Numbered from the stretch's first letter, positions 9,602 through 19,719 are shown. The stretch: 41,466 bases of DNA from Promethearchaeota archaeon (GCA_019057865.1 JAHLWP010000038.1:1-41466), one strand, 5' to 3'. Notes: generated by a model not told the origin, from the sequence alone. Numbers and translations are program-made.

Positions 9602-9949
9602 ATGAGCAAATATGATTTAAAACCATTCAATAAAAGGAGTATACCTAAGTTTGAATTTCCAAATGGGAAAATAGAATACGGTGAGTTAATAGATGAAGTT
9701 TATGTTGATAGTAGAGACATAGATGAGAATACGACAGGTGTTATTTATAGGAATTTAGTTCAGAAAATTAGATTAGAAGAACATTTGGAAACATTCAGAT
9801 TCTGCTATTATACCATAAATCTCGATAATGATAATCCAAGTTGGAGATATAAACAACATGCTTTAATGGTTACCGAGGAACAACTCAAAGAACTATTCAA
9901 TAAAATGATTAAGAAAGGATGGTTAAACATAGACATTAAATTCATTTAA
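9602..9949 (+). CDS. Hypothetical protein
   Basis: 115-aa ORF, GGAGGTG SD, T-tract after the stop. Confidence 0.65.
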   Translation: MSKYDLKPFNKRSIPKFEFPNGKIEYGELIDEVYVDSRDIDENTTGVIYRNLVQKIRLEEHLETFRFCYYTINLDNDNPSWRYKQHALMVTEEQLKELFNKMIKKGWLNIDIKFI

Positions 9950-10242
9950 TTTTTTTTTCTTTAAACTTGAGTTGAATTAAATTATATTAAAATTACTTAA
10001 TTTCATATCAAAATCTATTCGAAATTTATTTAATATTGGATTTTTGGACAATAATATTAAAGATTTTATATATTCATCTAATTTAATGATATTACCGAAT
10101 TTTTTTTCTTTTATCATTATTGTTTAATGGATTAATAATTTCCAAAAGAAAAATTTAAATATTCACAGAGCCTTAGTATGCGTGGAGGTTATTTTAGATG
10201 TTTATAAGAATAAATTAATAAAAAATAAGGAAGTGATAAAAA

Positions 10243-10854
10243 ATGGTTGTAAATAAGGAGTATTATGAAGAGATAAGACAAACTGATGGGTTTTTTATAC
10301 CATCAATGAAAATGTTAATAGAAGACCAATATGAATATTTAACAGATAAAAAATCTCATAAATTAAGTGAAGTTGTAGAATATTTTTCCAATCTATATAA
10401 TCTTTCTAAAGAAGAAAGGAAAAAATGTAATACAGGATCAATCGAACCTCTAATAAAATTTAGAATACGAAGGAATTATGAATTTTTAATGTTAAATGGG
10501 TTTGTTATACGACCAGCTCCAGCAACATTTCAAGCAACTGATTTTATAGATGAGTGGATTAAGTATGATAAACATGAACTAAGTAGTGATTATATTATCA
10601 AATTTAAATATAATTATCCAGAACTTATGAAGAAAATTAGGGTTATTGAGAAAATTATTTCAACTAATTCTTACGAAAATAATAATAGAACAATTAAGAA
10701 TTGTAGGTCTAAAAAAAATGAATTTTTAAATTTTTTAATTGCCACAATAATAGATTATGATGTTCCAGATAATAGAATTAGAGAAGTAATAGAATATGCT
10801 TTAGACTTGAATTATAATACTAATAATGAAAGAGATATTGTCCCTCTTATATAA
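10243..10854 (+). CDS. Winged-helix protein resembling the Mrr N-terminal domain
   Basis: LTDKKSHKLSEVVEYFSNLYNLSKEER...FRIRRNYEFLMLNGFVIRPAPATFQAT matches the Mrr_N pattern; no Mrr catalytic domain recognised. Confidence 0.6.
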   Translation: MVVNKEYYEEIRQTDGFFIPSMKMLIEDQYEYLTDKKSHKLSEVVEYFSNLYNLSKEERKKCNTGSIEPLIKFRIRRNYEFLMLNGFVIRPAPATFQATDFIDEWIKYDKHELSSDYIIKFKYNYPELMKKIRVIEKIISTNSYENNNRTIKNCRSKKNEFLNFLIATIIDYDVPDNRIREVIEYALDLNYNTNNERDIVPLI

Positions 10855-11083
10855 ATATTAATGGTCACATAACTTTTTTTATTGAAAATTAAAAAAAATT
10901 TATTCATTTAATTTCTTTCTTATATTAATTCAATATTTTTTCTTTTTATTTGAGCCTAAGTCTAAATCTAACAATTCTTAAAATTATATTCAAAACTTTT
11001 ATGGGACATTAATGGTTTCATAAAAATCATAGTATTGAATTTTTGATGATTTAGAAAATTAGGAATAGACAAACATAAATTTT

Positions 11084-11260
11084 TTAATCTTTTTCTTTTT
11101 TTGTTAGTAAAACTTCTTGTGCCTTTAATCTAATTACTTCTTTTAAGTACATTGAAACATTAGTATAACCCAATTGTGGATTTGACTCAATATATTCTTT
11201 AAACACATGATATAATGCTCTGGGAATTTTCAAGTCATATTTTTCAGTTTTAGAACTCAT
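11084..11260 (-). CDS. Ribbon-helix-helix (CopG-like) regulator, 58 aa, below the ORF-track cutoff
   Basis: MSSKTEKYDLKIPRALYHVFKEYIESNPQLGYTNVSMYLKEVIRLKAQEVLLTKKEKD*; strand-helix-GY-helix pattern; divergent from the ParB-like gene. Confidence 0.7.
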   Translation of the reverse strand: MSSKTEKYDLKIPRALYHVFKEYIESNPQLGYTNVSMYLKEVIRLKAQEVLLTKKEKD

Positions 11261-11471
11261 TATGTGTTAAATAAATCACAGAATTATAAAAATCTTTCAT
11301 TTTATCATACAAATTTATCAAAAAAGTAAATTTTCCTTATGAAAAATATATGAAAATCATCAGATGATAAAACTCTACATAAATAACAAATTATATTCTA
11401 TTTATCTGACAAAAAGGATTAAATAATAATTCAATTATCTTATAAATGTTATAAATCAAAAATTTAAAAAA

Positions 11472-12677
11472 GTGAAAAAAATGACAGAAACAAAACAATA
11501 TTTATTCCATGAGTTGTCTTCATATCTTCCATTATTAGAAGGTGAAGAATTTGATGATTTAGTAGAGGATATTAAACAACATGGACAAATAGAGCCTGTC
11601 ACTCTTTATGAAGGTAAGATACTTGATGGGAGAAATCGGTATAGAGCTTGTAAGATATTAAAACAAGAATTAATAATAAGAGAATGGAAGCCAAGTAAAG
11701 CAACTGGATCTACACCGTTACAGTATGTTATCAGTGAGAATATTATGAGAAGGCATTTAAATGCTGCGCAAAAGACGGAAATTGGGCTATTGTTATATGA
11801 TGAGATCGCAAAGCAAGTAGAAGAAGAACGAAGAAAAAAGCAAAGTGAAACAATGAAAGAACAATATAGAAAAGGTGAACGGGAAAGTATAGGAATAGGT
11901 TCTATAATTAAAGATAAATCAATAATTACACCAAAAAAAGACGATTGGACATCTACTGCTAAACAGGTTGCCCAGAAAGTTAGAGTTAAACCTGATATGA
12001 TAAAAAGAGGTAAGAAAATTAAAGAAGTCATAGCCAAAGACGATAAGGAAATTGAAGAAATGTGGGAGGATGCTAAAAGAGGAGAAACGACTGTAGGTGC
12101 GGTATATAAGGAAGCTCTGGAGAAGGAAATTATTGAGGAACTACCTCCAGATTTAAAAGAAGAAGTAAAGAAGGAGAAAGCTAAAGTCAAAAAAGCTAAA
12201 AAGGAAAAATCTACTTATAAACCAAAAATTACAGCAAGAAAAGCCCAAGCTATAAAAGATTTACCCAAAGATGTACGAAAAGCTGTAGTACATTCAAAAG
12301 CGGAAATAACAATTGAAGAAGCTGAAGCAATTGCTGAAATTCCAAGTGAAATTCTAAGAAAACAAGAAATAGTTGAACGTGAAAGAGCAAAGGAACGACA
12401 ATTATCAGAAGTTAAAAAGAAGAAAGATTTGGCAGAAGGAAAAATAATACCTAAACCCAAATTTTTTGATAAAGATGTCAGTAAAATAGAAACAGTTAGA
12501 AGTATTTGTAAAAATGCAGTTGAAACTCTTACTATAGCTGGCTTAGAGGGTTATGGTGATTTAGCCAGGAAAGAATGTATCAAAATGATGAAAATTCTAT
12601 TTGAACATCTAAGAAAAGAATTAAAGAAAGCAGGAGAAGTGGCACCTAAAAAGGTGATAGAAATTGGCACAGATTAA
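11472..12677 (+). CDS. ParB/Srx-like N-terminal domain protein with HTH and charged C-terminus
   Basis: LVEDIKQHGQIEPV...ILDGRNRYRAC...VISENIMRRHL, typical of MGE ParB-like proteins. Confidence 0.85.
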   Translation: MKKMTETKQYLFHELSSYLPLLEGEEFDDLVEDIKQHGQIEPVTLYEGKILDGRNRYRACKILKQELIIREWKPSKATGSTPLQYVISENIMRRHLNAAQKTEIGLLLYDEIAKQVEEERRKKQSETMKEQYRKGERESIGIGSIIKDKSIITPKKDDWTSTAKQVAQKVRVKPDMIKRGKKIKEVIAKDDKEIEEMWEDAKRGETTVGAVYKEALEKEIIEELPPDLKEEVKKEKAKVKKAKKEKSTYKPKITARKAQAIKDLPKDVRKAVVHSKAEITIEEAEAIAEIPSEILRKQEIVERERAKERQLSEVKKKKDLAEGKIIPKPKFFDKDVSKIETVRSICKNAVETLTIAGLEGYGDLARKECIKMMKILFEHLRKELKKAGEVAPKKVIEIGTD

Positions 12678-13344
12678 AGTTGAAGATGTTAAAGAAGTTA
12701 TTACTGAAATGCTTAATCAGAATCAAATAGTTAATAAAGATTCCATATGTATGTATATGGGTCTTGACCCCATTGAATGTTATCCACCCACAGAGGAAGG
12801 AGGAATGCCCAAGTATATCTACAATAACAACACTATATATGGATGTATAAATAAGCTTAGACAGTTATGTATAGAATGGCGAAATAAAAAAAAAGAATAT
12901 TATGAAGAATGGAAATCCGATTTTAAAAAGGCAGCAAAATGGGATCCAAACTTAAGAAAGCTGATTATGCATAATACTGTTATGACCTATAAAACATTCT
13001 TTGATAAGAGAATGGAATCATTAAACTTGTCGAAGGGTATGTTTTTAATACCAGTTAAAATAAAAATTGGGATAAATTCCATTACAACATATATAAAGCC
13101 AAATAAAGAAGAAGAGAGAAGATGGGCTATAAGAAATTCTGAATCTAAAGGAAAGGGATTCAGAACTACTCTGATTACAGGTGGCGAATTAGGATATATT
13201 GATTTAGATAGAAGCACACGAAAATTCTTAGATAAACTGGGTTCTGGGAAGTTTTTGAAATATAAAAAGATAGAATCCGAAGATTTGGATTCAGAAGAAG
13301 AAATCGAAAGGGAGAATGAAGAAATTGAAGGAGAGATCCAATAG
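12664..13344 (+). CDS. Hypothetical protein overlapping the ParB-like gene
   Basis: 226-aa ORF, AGGTGA SD, 14-nt overlap. Confidence 0.65.
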   Translation: MAQIKVEDVKEVITEMLNQNQIVNKDSICMYMGLDPIECYPPTEEGGMPKYIYNNNTIYGCINKLRQLCIEWRNKKKEYYEEWKSDFKKAAKWDPNLRKLIMHNTVMTYKTFFDKRMESLNLSKGMFLIPVKIKIGINSITTYIKPNKEEERRWAIRNSESKGKGFRTTLITGGELGYIDLDRSTRKFLDKLGSGKFLKYKKIESEDLDSEEEIERENEEIEGEIQ

Positions 13345-13573
13345 GATCAATTATGATCATAATCCATATAAAGATCTTTTTAATCCCTTAAACCTTAGAC
13401 CAATAGAAGTTGTTACTGAACTTTTGTCCAAGGAGAAGGATCCAGTACTTTTTAAAAAATTACGATATGAAAAACGACTCATATATTTAGATTGGTTTTG
13501 GACTAATGCCATCGATTTTGAAACATTCAAAAAACTCATTAAAGGATATATAATTTTATTTAATTTTATTTAA
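13316..13573 (+). CDS. Small hypothetical protein
   Basis: 85-aa ORF in an operon-like run. Confidence 0.45.
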   Translation: MKKLKERSNRINYDHNPYKDLFNPLNLRPIEVVTELLSKEKDPVLFKKLRYEKRLIYLDWFWTNAIDFETFKKLIKGYIILFNFI

Positions 13574-13587
13574 TTATTTTTTTTTTT

Positions 13588-13956
13588 TTGATTGAAATGA
13601 CATTTATATGCTGGTTTTGTCGTAGGGAAATAATAATTAAATTTAAGAATGCAGATATTGGTATTTGCTGGAAATGTGGCAAAGAATTTGGTCCTTACGC
13701 TGCTGAAAGTAGAAGCAATAAGGATCCAAGTATCTGGAAATATTGTTCTAAGGACTGTAGGTATCCAAAATTTTGTGATGATAAATGTGAGGCGTCTTTT
13801 AGAAAAATATTGAAAAAGTGGCATAGAATGTTAGATTATACTTATATGAGATCGAATGGAATTGAGAAAGCAAAAATTCGAATTTATAAATATGGTATAC
13901 TAACAATATTGGGTATTCTTATTATTTTTATTATTATTCATTCTATGTTAATGTAA
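13588..13956 (+). CDS. Cys-rich Zn-finger protein with C-terminal TM
   Basis: CWFC, CWKC, CSKDC and C-x3-C motifs; hydrophobic tail. Confidence 0.6.
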   Translation: MIEMTFICWFCRREIIIKFKNADIGICWKCGKEFGPYAAESRSNKDPSIWKYCSKDCRYPKFCDDKCEASFRKILKKWHRMLDYTYMRSNGIEKAKIRIYKYGILTILGILIIFIIIHSMLM

Positions 13957-14079
13957 ATGACTAAAGAATTATATTGTTCTGAATGTGGTGTTCCGTTGGG
14001 TGATCTTAAAACTTCTGGTTGGTATTATTGTCCTATATGTGATGATATGAAATATTTTATAAATGGAGATGATAATTGA
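13957..14079 (+). CDS. 40-aa Zn-ribbon microprotein
   Basis: MTKELYCSECGVPLGDLKTSGWYYCPICDDMKYFINGDDN*; ATG directly follows the upstream stop. Confidence 0.65.
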   Translation: MTKELYCSECGVPLGDLKTSGWYYCPICDDMKYFINGDDN

Positions 14080-14150
14080 TAATTTTATCATCAAACTTTA
14101 CATGTAATAAATATTAAAAATAATTAAGATTTATAAAAGAGATATGAAAT

Positions 14151-14390
14151 ATGAGTACTATAAAAGAAATTATGTCCATAGGAGAAATAGAGGATGATAT
14201 TAAACAAGTAAAAGATTTATGGAGCAAAATCATAGATAAATATAATGATAAATTTTCACATACTTCGATATATAGTGAGTTTTTATGTGATGATGAAAGA
14301 TCAAAGGTGGCAAGAGATATCTTCAGAAATTTAGATCAATATGTAAGTATAATCAAAAAATATTATTATATGGAAATACACAGTACTTAG
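14151..14390 (+). CDS. Small hypothetical protein
   Basis: 79-aa ORF. Confidence 0.5.
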   Translation: MSTIKEIMSIGEIEDDIKQVKDLWSKIIDKYNDKFSHTSIYSEFLCDDERSKVARDIFRNLDQYVSIIKKYYYMEIHST

Positions 14391-14768
14391 TAAGTTACTT
14401 AACCTTTTGGATTTTTATGATAATTTACATTGGAATTTATTATTCTCAACATTATTTATTTAAAAATTAATATCAAAGTAAACTCATAAATGTTTGAATA
14501 TGTAAATTCAAAACTCTTAATGGAAAATGATAGTTTTTTGAAAATTGGAATTTTATATTTTAGTGATTTTAAAAAATTAAAATCTTTATATAATCTATAT
14601 TTTTGAAGATCCCTTTAAATTTTTTATATCCTTACAGATACTTGAAAAAAAAATTATTATATTCATACATATATTATCAAAAAAATTATATGGATAAAAG
14701 AGGATATAATAAATTTATTCAATATAATTTTAATAAAATAAAATCTATTTTTAGCTTGAGCATTTAAA

Positions 14769-16679
14769 ATGAAAAATTCAGATTTTCTAGATCTTGATTG
14801 GAGAGAGAAGTGGAAAGAAAAAGAGATTACAGCAGAAGAAGCAATTAGAAAAATAATCCCAGGTAATAGAGTGTTTATAGATTCAGGGTGTGCAGAACCA
14901 AAGTTATTAACTATGGAATTAATAAAGCATTCAGAAAAGCTAATCGATACTGAAATCCTCCATTTTTTAACAATAGGTCCTGAGAAATATTTCAAGGATA
15001 AGGCAGAAGATCTCTTTCGACATAACGCACTATTTATTGGAAAAACTCTTCGTGAGGAAATAAACAAGGGTCAAGCTGATTATACACCGATTTATGCAAG
15101 TGAAATCCCATCATTATTTATAACTGGGAGAAAACATATTGATGTAGCTCTTATACAAATAACCCCTCCGGGTCCTTATGGATTTTGTTCCTTAGGAATT
15201 AATGTAGACATAGCGAAACCAATAACCCAATCATCAAATCTTACTATTGCTGAAATTAACCCTCAAATGCCAAGAACGTTAGGCAATAGTTTTATTCATA
15301 TGAAAGAAATTGATTATTTTGTTTATAATGATACTCCTTTACTCGAATTTCATTTTGACGAACCAGATGAAATTGCTAAGGGAATAGGACAGAATCTAGC
15401 AAATTTAATTGAAAACAAATCAACTATTCATATTGGTTTTGGTGATTTGCCAAATGCTGCCTTAAAATTTTTAGGTGAAAAAAAAGATTTAGGAATGCAT
15501 TCTCATTATATCACAGATAATATAATACCTCTTATTGAGGAAGGAGTTTTAACATGTAGGAAAAAGAATTATCATCCAGAAAAAATTATAACCAGTTTTG
15601 CTTTAGGAACTAAGAAATTATATAATTTTGTAAATAATAATCCCTACATCGAGTTTCATCCATCTGATTATGTTTGTAACCCTAGATTTATTGGAATGAA
15701 TAAAAAACTAGTTTCAATAAATTCTGCTCGGCAAATCGATCTAACTGGACAGGTAAATGCTTCTACAGAAGGATATCGATTTTATTCTGGACTTGGTGAA
15801 ACTATTGATTTTATGAGAGGCGCCGCTTTTTCTAAAGGGGGTAAACCGGTTATAATTATACCTTCAACATCTCGAGATGGTAAAAAATCAAGAATAGTCT
15901 CTCATTTAGATGAAGGGGCGGGGATAATGTTATCTCGAGGAGATGTGCATTATATAGTAACTGAATGGGGTGTTGCTTATCTTCATGGTAAATCAATTAG
16001 AGAAAGGATACTTGAATTGATTTGTATTGCCCATCCAAAATTCCGTCAATCACTATTAGATGAGGCCAAAAAACTAAATTATGTATATTCTGACCAGTTG
16101 CTTCCATGTGATGATAATGGGAATATTTGTCTATATCCCTCTCAGTATGTAACTATTTATGAAACACACAATAAACAGAAGATAAGAATACGCCCTGTTA
16201 AAACTACGGATGAACCATTATTAAGAGATTTGTATTACTCATTGAGTGAGAGGGATAGATATTTAAGATTTTTTGAATTAAAAAAAGAATTTACTCATTC
16301 TAAAACACAATTTGAAGTAAATATTGATTATAACAATGTTTTTTCCATTGGAGCATTTATAGGTGAAATTGGAAATGAAAAGATGATAGGAAATGCTACT
16401 TATTATTTAAATCCTAAATTAAATATGGGAGAGTATAGTTTCCTTGTGAGAGATGATTATAGAGGCAAAGGAATTGGTGGATTTCTCTATCAACAAATAA
16501 TCATTATTGCAAAAGAAAGAGGATTAAAAGGACTCTATGGAAATATACATATTCAAAATAAAAGTGCTGTTAGAATTATTCAAACAGGTGGATATACTAA
16601 AATAACTCCGCCAACTGAGATTAATGGAAAAGAGCTGTTCTATGAAGTCTTTTTTGATAAAGAAGATTCAACTAATTGA
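14769..16679 (+). CDS. Acetyl-CoA hydrolase/transferase fused to a C-terminal GNAT acetyltransferase
   Basis: ADYTPIY, GFCSLGINVD, DLTGQVNA, SGLGETIDF.RGA, YIVTEWGVA; GNAT part YYSLSERDRYLRFF and VRDDYRGKGIG. Confidence 0.9.
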   Translation: MKNSDFLDLDWREKWKEKEITAEEAIRKIIPGNRVFIDSGCAEPKLLTMELIKHSEKLIDTEILHFLTIGPEKYFKDKAEDLFRHNALFIGKTLREEINKGQADYTPIYASEIPSLFITGRKHIDVALIQITPPGPYGFCSLGINVDIAKPITQSSNLTIAEINPQMPRTLGNSFIHMKEIDYFVYNDTPLLEFHFDEPDEIAKGIGQNLANLIENKSTIHIGFGDLPNAALKFLGEKKDLGMHSHYITDNIIPLIEEGVLTCRKKNYHPEKIITSFALGTKKLYNFVNNNPYIEFHPSDYVCNPRFIGMNKKLVSINSARQIDLTGQVNASTEGYRFYSGLGETIDFMRGAAFSKGGKPVIIIPSTSRDGKKSRIVSHLDEGAGIMLSRGDVHYIVTEWGVAYLHGKSIRERILELICIAHPKFRQSLLDEAKKLNYVYSDQLLPCDDNGNICLYPSQYVTIYETHNKQKIRIRPVKTTDEPLLRDLYYSLSERDRYLRFFELKKEFTHSKTQFEVNIDYNNVFSIGAFIGEIGNEKMIGNATYYLNPKLNMGEYSFLVRDDYRGKGIGGFLYQQIIIIAKERGLKGLYGNIHIQNKSAVRIIQTGGYTKITPPTEINGKELFYEVFFDKEDSTN

Positions 16680-18111
16680 TTAATCAGCTAAAAAAACTCA
16701 AAAAAACTTCTAAAAGGCTTTTTTATGAAGGAGTTAATAGAATGAAACTTATCTAAATTGCTAAAATTTAAATCTAAATTAAAATACATTTATTTGCTTT
16801 TTTAATAAAGATTTTAAATAAAAATTAGAAGGTGATCTAAATAGTTATTATAAATTCTGAAGGCAAATTTGATGACAATTATTATCTTATAGATGGAATG
16901 ACAATGGGATTACCCAAATTTCTTTCAATTTACATTGTTGAAAACAATGGTATGCGACTAATGATTGATGTTGGGGAAGCATTAAAAGCTCGAACAATCA
17001 TAAAAAAACTCAAAGATTTCGGTCTTTATCCTATTCATAAAATCCTCTTGACTCATTCTCATTGGGATCATGCTCAAGGGCTCTCAAAATTGGTTAACCT
17101 AATGAAAGACTTGGATGTAGAAATTTTAGCTTCAGAAAACGCGGTTGAAAATTTAAAACATCCAGAAAAAACGATTGAAGGATACGAGGGAATTAAGTCA
17201 TATCCTTTTGAAGAAGAGGTTACACCATTGAGAGAAGGTGATTTCATAGATTTAAATGGATTAGAATTAGAGATCAAGAATTTTTTTGGGCATACGATGG
17301 ATTCTATTGGAATTTTTGACAAAACAAATAGAAATATATTCGCAGGAGACGCATTCATTATGAGATTAGCCCAAGATGCTTTTTTTATACCTCTCATGCC
17401 CCCTGATTTCCATGAACAAGAACTCCTCAAGACTTTTGTTAAATTACGAGAAATGAGAAATGAGTTGAACTCCATCTCTTTAGCTCATTTTGGAGTATGG
17501 AAAGATAATCACTTTGAACAAATTTTAAATGAAATGGAAGATCTCTACTTTAATACAAAAACCTCACTAATAGAATGGTATAATGAAAATCCATCAATTG
17601 AGGTTATAACTGGTAAGTACTGTAGAAAATTTTTGTCCGCCTCTAAATTTTGGAACGAGAAAGTATTTGCATTTCTTATAGATTATATGATAAACGGTTT
17701 AAAGTTGAGTGGGTTTATTGAAGGAGAAACAACATTATATTAATTGACCATATTCACTTTATTTCTAAAAAGCAATCTTTCTTACTCAATTATCCCAAGG
17801 TCTTTTAATAGTATTAACATAATTACTCTAGTTATTCCTGGATCAGCTTGACTTTTAGTTTTCCCTATAAACCTCTCTATTAACAAACTTCTTGGTTGTA
17901 CTGACCAGTAGGTTAAATGCGTGAAATGTAGAAATACATCATTCGAAATATAGTTGACGTAAAATGACAGATCTAATTGCCTTTTATTTATATTGTCCCT
18001 ATTGTCAAAAGTCAGATATAGGATTTTCATCAATTATTCAATTATTACAAGTAAAAAAAGCACATTTGTTATCACCAAGAATTATTTTATGAAGTCTTTT
18101 TTGATAAAGAA
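16641..18111 (+). repeat. 24-bp perfect direct repeat (16641-16664 and 18088-18111) duplicating the 3' end of the hydrolase-GNAT gene
   Basis: tatgaagtcttttttgataaagaa at both sites; the second copy translates QELFYEVFFDKENSME* versus KELFYEVFFDKEDSTN*. Confidence 0.85.
16841..17743 (+). CDS. Metallo-beta-lactamase fold hydrolase, probable ATA start at 16841 (first ATG at 16898)
   Basis: THSHWDH, GHT, AGD, LAHFG motifs; GGTGA SD 5 nt before the ATA. Confidence 0.88.
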   Translation: MVIINSEGKFDDNYYLIDGMTMGLPKFLSIYIVENNGMRLMIDVGEALKARTIIKKLKDFGLYPIHKILLTHSHWDHAQGLSKLVNLMKDLDVEILASENAVENLKHPEKTIEGYEGIKSYPFEEEVTPLREGDFIDLNGLELEIKNFFGHTMDSIGIFDKTNRNIFAGDAFIMRLAQDAFFIPLMPPDFHEQELLKTFVKLREMRNELNSISLAHFGVWKDNHFEQILNEMEDLYFNTKTSLIEWYNENPSIEVITGKYCRKFLSASKFWNEKVFAFLIDYMINGLKLSGFIEGETTLY

Positions 18112-18175
18112 AATTCCATGGAATAAATAAACAATATTTTTATCTTTCTTCTTTAATTATCAAATTTGTTGATTT

Positions 18176-18988
18176 ATGAGATTTAAATTTACAGATTTTC
18201 ATGTTCACACAAGAGGTTGGAGTGTAGATGTTGCAGAAAATGGTCCTACTTTTGAAGACTATATAAAAGCTGCCGAAGAGCACCAAATTAATGTTTGTTT
18301 TCTTGATCATTATGAACTTTATTACATTGAAAATGATAAGGCTAATCCTTTTTATGGTGGTAAAATCGACGATTATCTTGAAGAGATTGATAAATATAAA
18401 GAAACATATGATTTTATACTCAGCGGTTTAGAAGTTGAATATTATGAGGATAAAGAGATTCAACTACTTGAATTAATGGATGATTATAGGAAAGAATTTG
18501 ATTTTATTGGAGGATCTATTCATGAATGGATCATTGGTTATCCAATTACAACAAAAGAGGGTTTAACAAGCTTATTAGAAAAAAAGCCAATAAAACAAAT
18601 TATTGATGAATATTTTAAAGTTAGTGAGAAATTGATTAATTCGAATATTTTTAAGAATATCTGTCACATTGATACTATTTTTCGTTATATTAATAATAAT
18701 GATTTAAAACCTACAGATGATTGTGACGTTTCTGATAATCGAATAATAAATTTAGGTCGTTTATGTATAAAAAATAGAATCAAAATAGAATTGAACTTAT
18801 CTGGATTGAGGTTTCCAATAAATAGGACATTTCCTTCCTTGCATGTTGCGAGCCAATTAAAGAATGAGGGAGGAGAATTTTTTGTAGGTTCTGATTCACA
18901 TTCAATTGAATATTTCGAAAAACAAATTCCAGAAGTAAAAAAAGCATATAATTTTTTAAATTCAATTAAAAAAAATAAATTAATATAA
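18176..18988 (+). CDS. PHP-domain histidinol-phosphatase-like protein
   Basis: DFHVHT, LDH, GLEVEY, GSIH, HID, GSDSH motifs. Confidence 0.85.
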   Translation: MRFKFTDFHVHTRGWSVDVAENGPTFEDYIKAAEEHQINVCFLDHYELYYIENDKANPFYGGKIDDYLEEIDKYKETYDFILSGLEVEYYEDKEIQLLELMDDYRKEFDFIGGSIHEWIIGYPITTKEGLTSLLEKKPIKQIIDEYFKVSEKLINSNIFKNICHIDTIFRYINNNDLKPTDDCDVSDNRIINLGRLCIKNRIKIELNLSGLRFPINRTFPSLHVASQLKNEGGEFFVGSDSHSIEYFEKQIPEVKKAYNFLNSIKKNKLI

Positions 18989-18990
18989 GC

Positions 18991-19719
18991 ATGGAATCAA
19001 GCGAATTTATATCAAGAGTGGATAAATGGGATCAAAAAATCATTCTGAAATATAATGGAATAGGAGGAAAAGCATTTACATATGTATTAAAGCCAATTTC
19101 ATTTCTAGGGAGAGAAACATTATGGATTTCTTTAATAGCATTTTATTTATTAATATGGTATGACCCATTTTTACTTGCACATTTCTCTGCTATATTCTTG
19201 AACGGATTTATTTTAATATTTTCAATTAAGCAAATGGTTAAAAGATCAAGACCTTTTGAAAGATTTAATGAAAATGAATTACAGGTATTGGAACGTAAGC
19301 CCATTTCCAAGAGTTTTCCTTCTTGGCATTCATATAATGTTGTTTCTTATGGCTTGTTATTTGGTTTTTTACTAAATTCACCTTTGGTTATAATTCTTAT
19401 GTTGTTTATTGCTACCGTAGTATCTTTTTCAAGAATTCAAATAGGAGTTCATTATCCTACTGATGTAATTTTTGGTTATTTTCTGGGAATTATTGGCTTT
19501 ATTTCTGCAATTTATATAGTTTCTCCATTATTAAATATGCTCTTAATATATTTTGAACAGTTTACTACACAAGATATTCAATACCAACAAATTAATACAA
19601 TGTTATTTAAAAACTTCTGGTATCTATTTTTGTGTATTGGTATTTTTTTAGGAATATTTTTATTAGCTATATCAAGAATAATTAAAGAATACCTTAAAAA
19701 AAATAGTACGTATTCCTAA
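18991..19719 (+). CDS. PAP2 family membrane phosphatase
   Basis: K-x6-RP, SFPSWH, SRIQIGVHYPTDV. Confidence 0.9.
   Translation: MESSEFISRVDKWDQKIILKYNGIGGKAFTYVLKPISFLGRETLWISLIAFYLLIWYDPFLLAHFSAIFLNGFILIFSIKQMVKRSRPFERFNENELQVLERKPISKSFPSWHSYNVVSYGLLFGFLLNSPLVIILMLFIATVVSFSRIQIGVHYPTDVIFGYFLGIIGFISAIYIVSPLLNMLLIYFEQFTTQDIQYQQINTMLFKNFWYLFLCIGIFLGIFLLAISRIIKEYLKKNSTYS

Larger units (their letters stand above)
1700..14400. mobile_element. Integrated mobile element / genomic island (provirus- or plasmid-like); boundaries approximate
   Basis: Tyrosine integrase at the left edge, followed by short ORFans, RHH regulators, a ParB-like protein, nucleases and Zn-finger ORFs, all between two acetate-metabolism genes. 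No att direct repeat or capsid gene recognised. Confidence 0.7.

Noticed and set aside
7900-10900. Integron cassette array
   Set aside because: Genes are co-oriented but no repeated attC-like sites were seen, and the integrase lacks recognisable IntI features.
1625-14666. aaaattattattttaata / aaaattattatattcata as attL/attR
   Set aside because: An imperfect match made almost entirely of A and T, expected by chance in this composition.
17782-18033. 83-aa minus-strand ORF
   Set aside because: No recognisable motif or SD; it may be a fragment but cannot be supported.
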